A stretch of DNA of 64,000 nucleotides from an uncultured delta proteobacterium (lineage in GTDB: Bacteria; Desulfobacterota; Binatia; Binatales; Binataceae). The DNA lies in the NCBI GenBank assembly GCA_963808235.1, contig CAWEEQ010000004.1, positions 3,296,001-3,360,000 on the forward strand. Direction: 5' to 3'. Below are positions 49,836-59,729 of this stretch, piece after piece. The notes beneath the pieces are model-generated. The model was given only the letters and a program-made list of their open reading frames with translations, was not told the DNA's origin and did not search any database. The position numbers and the translations under genes were made by a program. The number at the start of each line of letters is the position of its first letter. The stretch's first letter is position 1.

Positions 49836-50906
49836 TTGAGCTGGCAGGCGACCGCCACGAAAAACGAAATCAGTACCTCGAGAGGCCCGGCGATTTCCCA
49901 GCTAGCCACCGAAGATTCGCTCGAACTCCATTTCGACGACCCGCGCCTGTTTTCCGATCTGCTCGGCCAGCACGACGCGCACGTGCGCACGGTCGAGAGC
50001 ACTCTGGGCGTCCGAATCGGCGTGACCGGCACTTCGCTCAAGATTTCCGGCGAGCACGCCGAGCAGGCGCTGGCGGGCAAGGTGATCGGCGAGCTCTACG
50101 ATCTTCTGAAGCACGGTCATCCGATCTATCCGAGCGACGTCGAGTATGCGATTCGAATAATCCGCGGCGATCGCAACGCCGAGCTGAAGGATATTTTCCT
50201 CGATACGATTTACGTCTCGGCGAACAAGCGCGTCATCTCGCCAAAGAGCGTCAATCAGAAACTTTATATCGACGCGATTCGCGCTCACGACATCGTTTTT
50301 GGAATCGGACCCGCGGGCACCGGCAAGACTTACCTCGCGATGGCGATGGCGCTGGCCGCCTTGATGAAGAACCAGGTCACCCGGATGGTGCTATGCCGGC
50401 CGGCGGTCGAGGCTGGCGAGAAGCTGGGATTCCTGCCCGGCGACCTCGCCGAGAAGGTGAATCCGTACCTGCGCCCGCTCTACGACGCGCTGCACGACAT
50501 GGTGGACTTCGATCGGGCGCGCAGGATGCTCGAGCGCGGAACGATCGAAGTCGCGCCGCTCGCCTTCATGCGCGGGCGCACGCTCAACGACTCGTTTATC
50601 ATCCTGGATGAAGCGCAAAACACGACCTCCGAGCAGATGAAAATGTTTCTGACCCGGCTTGGTTACAATTCCAAGGCGGTGATCACCGGCGACGTGACGC
50701 AAATCGATTTGCCCAGCGGCAAGCTGTCAGGATTGAAGGAAGCGAGCATCGTGCTCGGCGCGACTCCAGGAATTTCCTTCATCCGCTTCAACGACCGCGA
50801 CGTAGTGCGGCATCGCTTGGTGCAATCGATAATCAAGGCGTACGAATCGTTCAACGCCGATGGCCCATCGTCTCCGCCCTCAACCGACGGTAATCATCAG
50901 GATTGA
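49836..50906 (+). CDS. phoH: PhoH-family ATPase
   Basis: GPAGTGKT, RPAVEAGEKLGFLPG, RGRTLN, DEAQN. Confidence 0.96.
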   Translation: MSWQATATKNEISTSRGPAISQLATEDSLELHFDDPRLFSDLLGQHDAHVRTVESTLGVRIGVTGTSLKISGEHAEQALAGKVIGELYDLLKHGHPIYPSDVEYAIRIIRGDRNAELKDIFLDTIYVSANKRVISPKSVNQKLYIDAIRAHDIVFGIGPAGTGKTYLAMAMALAALMKNQVTRMVLCRPAVEAGEKLGFLPGDLAEKVNPYLRPLYDALHDMVDFDRARRMLERGTIEVAPLAFMRGRTLNDSFIILDEAQNTTSEQMKMFLTRLGYNSKAVITGDVTQIDLPSGKLSGLKEASIVLGATPGISFIRFNDRDVVRHRLVQSIIKAYESFNADGPSSPPSTDGNHQD

Positions 50907-50912
50907 GCCGAC

Positions 50913-51389
50913 GTGGCGGTCGAGTTCCGATGCGCGACGGCGCGCGGGCGTCGTTATTCGGACCGGCTTCGCGCCGATGCTGAGCGCATGATGGCTGCGA
51001 CCAATCTTCCCCAGTGCGAGCTGTCGCTCAGCCTCGTTTCCGATCGCGCGATTCGTGCGCTCAATCGCACCTATCGGGGAATCGATTCCGCCACCGACGT
51101 ACTTTCGTTTTCCCAAATCGAAGAGGCCGGCGATGCGTCGCTCAATCCGCCGGCGGTGACGAATTTACCCGGATTGCCGCTCGGCGACGTGGTAATATCG
51201 ATCGACACGGCCATCAGGCAGGCCCGCGACTTGCGAATTACGCCGGAGTTGCGAATCCGCCGGCTCCTGATTCATGGATTTTTGCATCTGATCGGATACG
51301 ACCACGAACGTTCTTCGTCGGAGGCGCGCAGGATGTTCGCGCGTGAACGCGCACTGGCGAACAAGATCGACAAGACCACTTCAAGATGA
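50913..51389 (+). CDS. ybeY: rRNA maturation RNase YbeY
   Basis: LNRTYRG, TDVLSF, LGDVVIS, HGFLHLIGYDH. Confidence 0.95.
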   Translation: MAVEFRCATARGRRYSDRLRADAERMMAATNLPQCELSLSLVSDRAIRALNRTYRGIDSATDVLSFSQIEEAGDASLNPPAVTNLPGLPLGDVVISIDTAIRQARDLRITPELRIRRLLIHGFLHLIGYDHERSSSEARRMFARERALANKIDKTTSR

Positions 51390-51940
51390 CGCGCGAACCG
51401 GCAAGAATTCCCGCGTCGGCGATGCTGACGCATTTCACCCGCGCCTCGACCACCGCCACCGCGCTCGACAACCTGGTTGCGATTCTCAAAGACAATCTCA
51501 TCCGCGGCGGCTCCGGGATGATTCGCGGCGGGCGTCGAGCGGTTTGCATGTTCGACGTGCCGATCGAAGAACTGGGCACGATCCTGGACCGGCGCAATCG
51601 CCGCCGCTATGAACCATTCGGGATCGCGGTCGACAAACGGTATGCTTTCACCGTGGGCGCGCGTCCGGTGATCTATTTGCCATGGCAGGAGGCGGAAAAA
51701 ATCCTGCCCGCTGAGGAGAGCTGGCGCGTCGTGTCTTTCGAGATGGACAAGAATCCGCCCATCGATTGGACCTTCGAGCGTGAGTGGCGCGTCGCCGACG
51801 AATTGCGGTTTGACCCAATGCTCGCCGCCGCGCTGGTCGAAACCTGGAAGGACGTGGACGAAATTTTCGAGCGCTTCGGCGGCCGCCCACCGTGCGCCGG
51901 CGTGATCCCGATCGCCGAGATGTTCAACTCGCCCACCTGA
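51386..51940 (+). CDS. Hypothetical protein, AbiGi-like / possible ADP-ribosyltransferase fold
   Basis: LTHFTR, VCMFDVP, YEPFGI, GARPVIY, DWTFEREWR; coupled to both neighbours. Confidence 0.6.
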   Translation: MTREPARIPASAMLTHFTRASTTATALDNLVAILKDNLIRGGSGMIRGGRRAVCMFDVPIEELGTILDRRNRRRYEPFGIAVDKRYAFTVGARPVIYLPWQEAEKILPAEESWRVVSFEMDKNPPIDWTFEREWRVADELRFDPMLAAALVETWKDVDEIFERFGGRPPCAGVIPIAEMFNSPT

Positions 51941-53586
51941 TGGCCGTCTCGATGTCCTGGACCAACCCAACCCGCGCGGCGCTGGTCGTCGCAAGCGGCC
52001 TCGCGGTGGGGCTGGCATTTCCGAAGTTCGACTACGGGCTTCTCGCGTGGGTGGCATTCGTGCCGCTCTTCTACGCGATCGAAGGCGAAAGTCTCCGCCG
52101 CGTGTTTTGGTGGGCATGGCTGCAGGGCTTCGCCTCGTACGTCGCGTCACTCTACTGGATTCCGATTCCGCTGCACGATTTCGCCGACGTGAGAATGGAA
52201 TTTGCGATCTTGCCGATGCTTCTGTTGGCGGGAATCGTCGCGATCGACACCGCGGTTGCGATTTGGGCCGGCGAGTTCGTTGCGCGGCGAACTCGAATTC
52301 CCGCGGTGCTCACGATGCCGATCGCGTGGACGGCGGTCGAATGGATCCGCTCCTACTTTCCGCTTCCGTTTCCCTGGAACCTGCTCGGCTACACCGCATA
52401 TCGAAATCTCGAGCTGATTCAGTTCGCCGAGTTCACCGGCGTTTACGGAGTCTCGGCGCTGATCATGTTTTTCAACGCGGTCGTGTACATCGTGATCTTC
52501 CGCCGCGGCACTTATCGATTGCAGACCTTGAGCCTGAGCGCGTTGACTGCGACGATGATCCTGCTGGTCGTGTTTGGCACCTGGCGAATCAGCAATCTCA
52601 AAAATGCGCGAAGCGAGGGGACCTTCAAGGTCGCGATGGTGCAGGGCAATATCCCGCAATCGCTGAAGTGGGATCCGAAATTTCTGCCGGACAGTTACAA
52701 AGTCTACCAGGACGAAACCGCGAACGCGGCAAAGCGCGGCGCAGACTTGATCGTATGGCCTGAAGCTGCGGCGGCGTTTCTGTTCCAGCCCGACGATCAA
52801 TATCCCGCCTCGCTCACCGAAGACGCCACGTATCGCACCAGGCTTCTCACGCTTGCGCACGATATCGGCGATCCCATTCTGTTCGGCGCGCCAGCGCTGG
52901 CAGTGCAGGATGGTCGCGTCGTCGGATTTTACAATCGCGCCTACCTGGTTTCCGGCAAGGGCGAAGTGGAAACGCATTACGACAAGATGCAACTGGTGCC
53001 GTTCGGCGAGTATGTTCCCGCGCGCTCGATCCTCGGGTTCTTCGTCAACCGCGTCGTTCAGGGTATGGGCGATATGGTGCCGGGCGACCGGCAAACGCTC
53101 TTCTCAGTAAAGGGCGCGACCCTCGGAGTTCTGATCTGCTACGAGAGCATCTTTCCCGACCTGACCCGGCGCGAGGTCAAGCTCGGCGCCAACGTGCTGG
53201 TGAATATCACCAACGACGCGTGGTACGGAGAGAGTTCGGCGCCGTATCAAGTGCTCGCGATGGCGGCGATGCGTTCCGTCGAAACGAAAGTCCCGATGGT
53301 GCGGGCCGCGAATACCGGAATCAGCGCGATCATCGAGCCCTCGGGACGAATCACAAATCGCACCCCGCTGTTCAAACGCGGCACCGAGATCGAGGACGTA
53401 TCGTGGCGCCCGGTGCGGACCCTCTACACCCTGGTCGGTGATCTGTTCGCGGAGATTTGCTTCGTGCTGTCGATGATAGGGTTGGTGTGGGCGTGGCGAT
53501 GGCCGAGCACCGCCACGGTTGATGTCATCCCGGTGCGTAAACTCTCCAGCAACGGTGCGCGACGGCGCGCGCGTCAGAGCCATTAA
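51940..53586 (+). CDS. lnt: Apolipoprotein N-acyltransferase
   Basis: FPWNLLGY, VQGNI, VWPE, YDKMQLVPFGEY, ICYE, TNDAWY, RAANTGIS. Confidence 0.96.
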   Translation: MAVSMSWTNPTRAALVVASGLAVGLAFPKFDYGLLAWVAFVPLFYAIEGESLRRVFWWAWLQGFASYVASLYWIPIPLHDFADVRMEFAILPMLLLAGIVAIDTAVAIWAGEFVARRTRIPAVLTMPIAWTAVEWIRSYFPLPFPWNLLGYTAYRNLELIQFAEFTGVYGVSALIMFFNAVVYIVIFRRGTYRLQTLSLSALTATMILLVVFGTWRISNLKNARSEGTFKVAMVQGNIPQSLKWDPKFLPDSYKVYQDETANAAKRGADLIVWPEAAAAFLFQPDDQYPASLTEDATYRTRLLTLAHDIGDPILFGAPALAVQDGRVVGFYNRAYLVSGKGEVETHYDKMQLVPFGEYVPARSILGFFVNRVVQGMGDMVPGDRQTLFSVKGATLGVLICYESIFPDLTRREVKLGANVLVNITNDAWYGESSAPYQVLAMAAMRSVETKVPMVRAANTGISAIIEPSGRITNRTPLFKRGTEIEDVSWRPVRTLYTLVGDLFAEICFVLSMIGLVWAWRWPSTATVDVIPVRKLSSNGARRRARQSH

Positions 53587-53641
53587 GTCGCGCGCCGCGA
53601 TATGGCAGAATAGAAAATCAACACCGAGGTAAACATCTCCA

Positions 53642-54770
53642 ATGCTCAGCGATATGAAACAGCAGCTTTCCGAGTACGAAGACCGCGCCGAGAAGCTCGG
53701 GAGGCGTCTTTGACGTCCCGGCACTGACCGTCCGCCAGAATCAACTCGTCGAACAATCCGCAAAGCCCGACTTCTGGGACCGGCAGGAAACCGCGCAGGC
53801 CGCGCTCAAGGAGCAGGAGCAGATTCGCGCCCAGCTCAGTGGGTACAAGATGCTTCGCGACAAGCTCGACGAGGCTCGCGTGTTCCTGCAGATGGCCGAG
53901 GAAGAAGGCGGTGACGATTCCGAGGCGGCGCGCGAAACGCAGTCGGCGCTGGATGCGTCGCGCGCAGAGCTCGAGCGCCACGAACTGCGCCTGATGCTCG
54001 GCGGCGAGTACGATCGCCTGGGCGCGATCGTGTCGATTCATCCTGGCGCCGGCGGGATGGAAGCTCAGGACTGGGCCGAGATGCTGCTGCGGCTGTATCT
54101 GCGATGGGCCGAGCGGCGCGGCTTCAAGACTGATATCGCCGATCTGCAACCGGGCGACGGCGCCGGCATCAAGAGCGCGACCGTCGATGTCGAAGGAGAG
54201 TTCGCGTACGGATATCTGCGCGCCGAAGCCGGCATCCATCGACTGGTCCGAATCTCGCCGTACGACGCGAACGCGCGGCGGCATACCTCGTTCGCGTCGG
54301 TGTTTGTATTCCCCGCGGTCGACGACAAAGTTGAGATAACTATCAATCCCGCGGATTTGCGCATCGACACGTTTCGCGCGTCGGGCGCCGGCGGCCAGCA
54401 CGTCAACAAGACCGATTCAGCGGTGCGCTTCACCCATCTTCCGACCAATATTGTGGTGACCTGCCAGAACGAGCGCTCGCAGCATAAGAACCGCGCGATG
54501 GCGATGAAGATCCTGCGCGCGCGCCTGTTCGAACTCGAGCAGCGCAAGAAAAAAGAAGAGCTCGAAAAATTCAGCAAGGACAAAAAAGAGATCGCGTGGG
54601 GCAGCCAGATCCGATCGTACGTGCTGCAGCCCTATCAGATGGTGAAGGACCATCGCACCGGCGTCGAGATCGGCAACACCGGCGCAGTGCTCGACGGTGC
54701 GATCGACGAATTTATCCAGGCCTACCTGATGGGCGTGCGCAAGGGCGACGCCGACTCGGTGCCGAACTAG
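53642..54770 (+). CDS. prfB: Peptide chain release factor 2 (programmed +1 frameshift)
   Basis: 23-codon first ORF ending CTT TGA, then the +1 frame with GAGGMEAQDW, SPY, GAGGQHVN, WGSQIRSY. Confidence 0.97.
53699..53714 (+). promoter_or_regulatory. prfB +1 frameshift signal
   Basis: Internal SD GGGAGG, 3-nt spacer, CTTTGAC. Confidence 0.95.
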
Positions 54771-54855
54771 GATCGCTCGCACCTTCGCCTTGCGTCGCAC
54801 GGGGCGAGTGATCAAAGTTGCAGTAGCATCGGTAGTTTCTTCGAAGGAGTGCGCA

Positions 54856-55569
54856 ATGATCGACGTATATTTCTGGCCGACGCCGAACGGTTACAAGATC
54901 ACCTGGATGCTCGAGGAAGTCGGGCTCAAGTACAACATCGTGCAGGTCAATATCGGCGCGGGCGATCAGTTCAAGCCCGAGTTCCTGAAGATCAGCCCGA
55001 ACAACCGGATGCCGGCGATCACCGATCCGGACGGGCCGGGCGGAAAACCGATTTCGATTTTCGAGTCAGGCGCCATCCTCATGTACCTCGCGGAAAAGAC
55101 CGGCAAGCTGATGCCGTCCGACACGCGCGCGAAATACAACGTGATCCAGTGGCTGATGTTCCAGATGGCCAGCGTCGGGCCGATGCTCGGCCAGGCGCAT
55201 CACTTTCGCCGCTACGCACCGGAAAAACTCGAGTACGCGATCAATCGCTACACCAACGAAGCCAAGCGCATCTACGGAGTGATCGACAAACGGCTCGGCG
55301 AAGCCAAGTATCTCGCCGGCGAGTATTCGATCGCGGACATTGCGACCTATCCGTGGCTGGTGCCGCACTCGATGCAGGGGCAGAACCTCGAAGACTTCCC
55401 GAATCTGAAGCGATGGTACGACGAGCTTCGCGCCCGGCCTGCAACGCAGCGTGGATTCGCCGTGATGGCGGAGGAAGTCGCAAAAATGCGGGCGGCGATG
55501 CAGCAGCCGCAGCAAGACAAAAAATCATGGGACAATCTGTTCGGCAACAAGCAGTTCGAAAAACGCTAG
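54856..55569 (+). CDS. GSH-dependent disulfide oxidoreductase (YfcG/YghU-type GST)
   Basis: TPNGYK, SPNNRMPA, FESGAIL, WLMFQM, GPMLGQAHHF. Confidence 0.9.
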   Translation: MIDVYFWPTPNGYKITWMLEEVGLKYNIVQVNIGAGDQFKPEFLKISPNNRMPAITDPDGPGGKPISIFESGAILMYLAEKTGKLMPSDTRAKYNVIQWLMFQMASVGPMLGQAHHFRRYAPEKLEYAINRYTNEAKRIYGVIDKRLGEAKYLAGEYSIADIATYPWLVPHSMQGQNLEDFPNLKRWYDELRARPATQRGFAVMAEEVAKMRAAMQQPQQDKKSWDNLFGNKQFEKR

Positions 55570-55572
55570 CGC

Positions 55573-56496
55573 TTACGATTTGAGTTTGGTCGCGCCGTCG
55601 AGCAGGCGCATCAGGGCATAGACCGTTTCGTTCGCGGGCACGCTGATACCGTGGCGGCGCGCCGCGCGGACCACGGCGCCGCTGAGCGCTTCGTATTCAA
55701 GCGCCTTGCCGTGCTCCAGATCCTGCTGCGTCGAGGTTTTTAGCGCGCGCAGATTTTTCTGCGAGTGCGCTATGTATGCCTCGATTCGGTCGTAGGAAAT
55801 TTGCGCACCCTCGGCGCGTGCGACATCCACAATTTCCTTCATGAGGGAGCGCAGCAGTTTCATGCTCTCGATGTCGTCGAGAATTTCGCCAACGCGCCGG
55901 CGGGTCAGGGTCGCCACGGTGTTCATCGCGCCGTTCCACACCAGCTTGTCCCACCTGAGCGTCATGATGTGTTCGGAGAGCTCGCCCAATATCCCGGAGC
56001 GCTCGAAGACAGCGGCGATCGCCTTCGCGCGCTCGCTCACGCCTCCATCGAGTTCGCCGAAGTCGATGTGACCGGTGCTCAGGTGAACGATTTTGCCGGG
56101 CGCGACTATCTCGACTCCCACTCGCGCATTACCGCCCATCACGGCGTCGCGGCCGAAGATTGCGGCGAGGTTAGCCTCGTTCTCGACCCCGTTCTGAATT
56201 GTAAGGATCGCGCCGCCCGCCTTGAGGCATCCTTCGATCGAGCGCGCGGCTGCATTGGTGTCGTAGGCCTTTACGCAGAACAGGATCAGATCGTACGGCG
56301 CAGAGTCGCGCGGGGTATCGGTGGAAGCGATTTCGACTTTCAGATCGCCGCGGATGCTCGCGATCTCGAGTCCACGCTCGCGAATCGCGCGTAGATGCTC
56401 GCCGCGTGCGCACAGGACCACGTCCTCGCCGGCCGCGCGAAGCCGCGCGCCGAAGTATGAGCCCACCGCGCCCGCGCCCATCACCAGTATTTTCAT
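55573..56496 (-). CDS. panE: 2-dehydropantoate 2-reductase (ketopantoate reductase family)
   Basis: GAGAVG, CVKAYD, QNG, WDKL, TSTQQD, LEYE. Confidence 0.88.
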   Translation of the reverse strand: MKILVMGAGAVGSYFGARLRAAGEDVVLCARGEHLRAIRERGLEIASIRGDLKVEIASTDTPRDSAPYDLILFCVKAYDTNAAARSIEGCLKAGGAILTIQNGVENEANLAAIFGRDAVMGGNARVGVEIVAPGKIVHLSTGHIDFGELDGGVSERAKAIAAVFERSGILGELSEHIMTLRWDKLVWNGAMNTVATLTRRRVGEILDDIESMKLLRSLMKEIVDVARAEGAQISYDRIEAYIAHSQKNLRALKTSTQQDLEHGKALEYEALSGAVVRAARRHGISVPANETVYALMRLLDGATKLKS

Positions 56497-56564
56497 AGCT
56501 GCTCGCATTACGGTCCTGGCTATCGTAGCCCGTCGCGATCCTGTTGTAATCACTTCGATCGACA

Positions 56565-57341
56565 ATGGAAGCTGGCACCGAAACCACTTTCCCGAGTTTG
56601 CGCGAACTGCTGTTCGAGGCGGTGCTCGCGGTCGCGACGCTTACCCTGTGGCCCATCCTCGATGAGAGATCGCAGGGCACTTCGGCCGAGCGCTCGCGCT
56701 CGATGGTTTTTTTTCCGATCGTCGGTTTCATCCTTGGCGTACTACTGGCGATTTCCGATTCCGCGATGGGCTTGGTGCTCGACCCGACCGCAAGGTCCTT
56801 CGCAACCCTGATGCTTGCCGAGGCGCTCTCACTTGGACTCGCAAGCCGCGGGATTGCCGATACCGTCGAAGTCCTGCGCCGTGGGACGCGGCCGGCGTCC
56901 ACAGGACTGACGCGCATCGGGCCGTTTGGCGCGATCGCATCGATCGTCGTGTTTGCGATCGAAGTCTGGTGTCTTTCGCGAATCAACGATCAGGCCGGAC
57001 GCTCGAGCGCGTTGGTGTTGGCGATGATGCTCTCGCGATGGGCGATCGTGCCGATCGGCTACGGACTGAAGCCGCTCGAACACTGGGGCCTCGGCATCCC
57101 GTACGAAGGCGGCATCTCGTTTCGCGAGTTCGCAGTCTCCAGCGTGGTCGCGCTCGGACTCACGATGGGGCTCTATCAAAATGTCGGACTCGCGGTGATC
57201 GTGGCGCTCGCGCTTACGGTGCTGGCGGTGCGGCTTACATTGAGCGCGCGGATGAAGGGCGCGTCGGGCTACATGCTCGCGGGCGGTTGCGCGCTGATCG
57301 AAGTCGTAACCTTCGCGGTGCTCGCGGCACTTCGCGTCTAG
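56565..57341 (+). CDS. CobS (cobalamin 5'-phosphate synthase)-like membrane protein, divergent
   Basis: FFPIVG, GIADT, RIGPFG, LSRW, multiple TM helices; the canonical HxDG and TGD motifs are altered. Confidence 0.65.
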   Translation: MEAGTETTFPSLRELLFEAVLAVATLTLWPILDERSQGTSAERSRSMVFFPIVGFILGVLLAISDSAMGLVLDPTARSFATLMLAEALSLGLASRGIADTVEVLRRGTRPASTGLTRIGPFGAIASIVVFAIEVWCLSRINDQAGRSSALVLAMMLSRWAIVPIGYGLKPLEHWGLGIPYEGGISFREFAVSSVVALGLTMGLYQNVGLAVIVALALTVLAVRLTLSARMKGASGYMLAGGCALIEVVTFAVLAALRV

Positions 57342-57943
57342 CCATTGCGGCGGATTGCGTCCGACCAGATCTGGCCCAGGACTTCGCGCAGTTCGTCGAG
57401 CGATCCATTGTTGTCGATCACGAGGCTCGCATGCTTCGCGCGTTCCTCGTCGGAAAGTTGCGCGCGGATACGCGCCTCGGTCTCGGCAGGTTTCAGTCCG
57501 CGTTGGCGCTCGATCCTATCGATCACCGCCTGACGCGTCGCGCGCACCAGCCATATCTCGTCGAACAGTGGCTGCCACTTTGCCTCGATCAAGATCGCCG
57601 CTTCTACAATGATGGGCGTCTTTATTCCGCGCGCACGCAAATCGGTGACGTTCGCTCGAATCGCCCCGAACGTGGCGGGCCATACGATTGAAGTAAGCTT
57701 GCTCAACCGCTCCGGATTTCCGAACACGATCGCGCCGAGTTTCTTGCGATCGATGGTCCGATCGGGCGCCAGGACCTCCGCGCCGAAAGCATCGAGGACC
57801 GCATCGTATGCAGCGCCTCCGGGCGCGTAGGTTGTGTGCGCGACTTTGTCTGCGTCGACGATCGGTGCGCCGAACTCGCTTAAGATTTTCGCCGCCGTAC
57901 TCTTGCCCGAGCCGATTCCGCCGGTGAGACCGATTGTAAGCAT
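57338..57943 (-). CDS. coaE: Dephospho-CoA kinase
   Basis: IGLTGGIGSGKS, DADK, IDRKKLG, RIRAQ, IDNNG. Confidence 0.95.
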   Translation of the reverse strand: MLTIGLTGGIGSGKSTAAKILSEFGAPIVDADKVAHTTYAPGGAAYDAVLDAFGAEVLAPDRTIDRKKLGAIVFGNPERLSKLTSIVWPATFGAIRANVTDLRARGIKTPIIVEAAILIEAKWQPLFDEIWLVRATRQAVIDRIERQRGLKPAETEARIRAQLSDEERAKHASLVIDNNGSLDELREVLGQIWSDAIRRNG

Positions 57944-57950
57944 CTATATT

Positions 57951-59729
57951 TCAGCCCGCGGCTTCGCGGCTCCACGTCTGGATGTTGTACAGGTAGCTGA
58001 AGAAACCGCCCTGGGCCAGCAGCTCGTCGAACGAACCCTGCTCTGCGATCACGCCGTCGCGCAACACCAAAATCCGATCGGCGTTCTGAATCGTCGAGAG
58101 CCGATGCGCGATAACGACCGTCGTTCGCCCGCGCATCGCCTCGCGCACGGCGGCGAGCACCATCGATTCAGTTTCACTATCGAGCGCGCTGGTCGGCTCG
58201 TCCATGATCAGTATCGGCGCATCCTTCAACAGCGCGCGCGCGATCGTGACGCGCTGCGCCTCACCCTCTGACAGGCTGTGACCGCCTTGGCCGACCAATT
58301 CATCGAGACCCGACGGAAGCTTCGCGAGTATCGGCCCGAGCCGCGCCATCTCGATCGCGCGCATGACCTGCGCGTCGTCGACGATCGGCTTCCCGAATGC
58401 GACGTTCACGCGAAGCGTGTCGCCGAGCACCAGCGGCGGCTGGAGAACCATCGCGATATTTCCGCGAATCGAGTCGAGCGTGAGGTAGCGGGTGTCGTTG
58501 CCGTCGATTTTGATCGCACCTTCCTGTGGTTCGTAAAAGCGCGCGAGCAGGCTGGCCATGGTCGTTTTTCCGGAACCACTCGGCCCCACGATCGCAATCG
58601 TCTCGCCCTGGCGAGCTTTGAAGTTGATCCCCTTCAGCACCGCGCGGCCGGGTTCGTAGCCGAATACGACATTTTCGAATTCAATCTCGCCGCGCGCACG
58701 TCCGAGCGCGCGCGCGCCGGAACGGTCTTTGATTTCCGGATCGATCGCGAGCAGCTCAAGGCATCTCCGGAGCCCCGCTTTCGCGCCCTCGATTTGTCCG
58801 TAAGTCTGCGAAATCTGGTTCACCGGCGCGTAGAGCGACGCAAGGTAAGTGGTGAAAACGATCAGCTCGCCGATCGTCAGTCGTCCGCTGAGCGTATGCT
58901 CCGCGCCGATAAAAATAACCAGTGCTGTGCCGCACGCGATCAACACGCTGACCGCGCCGGCGTAAACCGTTTGCAAAGTATACAGACGCAGCGTCGCGTC
59001 CAGGCTCGCGCTGCTCGATTCGACAAACTCGCGGTACGATTCGCCCTCGCGGGTGAAGGCTTGCACCACGTGAATCGCGGCAAGCGCGCTCTGCGCGACG
59101 GTGAAAAGACGACTCTCCTTGATCCGCGCGCCGCCGGCGATCGCATCGATTCGTCCGCTGATCGACATGATCAGCAGGATCAACAACGGGACTATCGCAA
59201 GCGCGACAATCGTCAGCGTCGCATCCATTCTGATCATCACGGCAAACATGCCGGCGAGCAAAACCAGCGACGACAAGACCGGAAAAAATCCGTTCATCGC
59301 GATCGTCTGAATCGAGTAGGTGTCATAGGTGATCCGCACCATCAGGTCGCCGACTTCACGCCGCCGATGAAAAGAAAGCGAGAGCCGCTGCAAATGGTCG
59401 AACATGCGCGCGCGCAACTCGTTGACCATCCGCTGGCCGATCGAAATCGTGAGATAGTTGGTCATCACGTTGATGAGCCCGAGCAGGGCGTAGAGGATGA
59501 CCAGGCTGGTGCATGCGGCGGCGAGCAGTTCAGCGCGCGGCATCTGCGGGATCCATCGGCTCACCATCGGCGCGCCGCGGAGCACGTTGTCGATCACAAT
59601 TTTGAGCGGCCACGGCTTCAGCACTTCGGCCGCCGCCGCGAGCAGGACTCCCGCGATGGCAATCGAGAGCCGCCCCAGATGCGGCCGCATCCGGCGAACA
59701 ACGTGGCCATAAAGTTCCAGCGTGCGCAT
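57951..59729 (-). CDS. ABC exporter, fused permease/ATPase (MsbA/NdvA-like)
   Basis: LKPWPLK, TM domain, GPSGSGKT, LSEGE signature variant, ILIMDEPTS, IAHRLST. Start at ATG 59729. Confidence 0.9.
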   Translation of the reverse strand: MRTLELYGHVVRRMRPHLGRLSIAIAGVLLAAAAEVLKPWPLKIVIDNVLRGAPMVSRWIPQMPRAELLAAACTSLVILYALLGLINVMTNYLTISIGQRMVNELRARMFDHLQRLSLSFHRRREVGDLMVRITYDTYSIQTIAMNGFFPVLSSLVLLAGMFAVMIRMDATLTIVALAIVPLLILLIMSISGRIDAIAGGARIKESRLFTVAQSALAAIHVVQAFTREGESYREFVESSSASLDATLRLYTLQTVYAGAVSVLIACGTALVIFIGAEHTLSGRLTIGELIVFTTYLASLYAPVNQISQTYGQIEGAKAGLRRCLELLAIDPEIKDRSGARALGRARGEIEFENVVFGYEPGRAVLKGINFKARQGETIAIVGPSGSGKTTMASLLARFYEPQEGAIKIDGNDTRYLTLDSIRGNIAMVLQPPLVLGDTLRVNVAFGKPIVDDAQVMRAIEMARLGPILAKLPSGLDELVGQGGHSLSEGEAQRVTIARALLKDAPILIMDEPTSALDSETESMVLAAVREAMRGRTTVVIAHRLSTIQNADRILVLRDGVIAEQGSFDELLAQGGFFSYLYNIQTWSREAAG

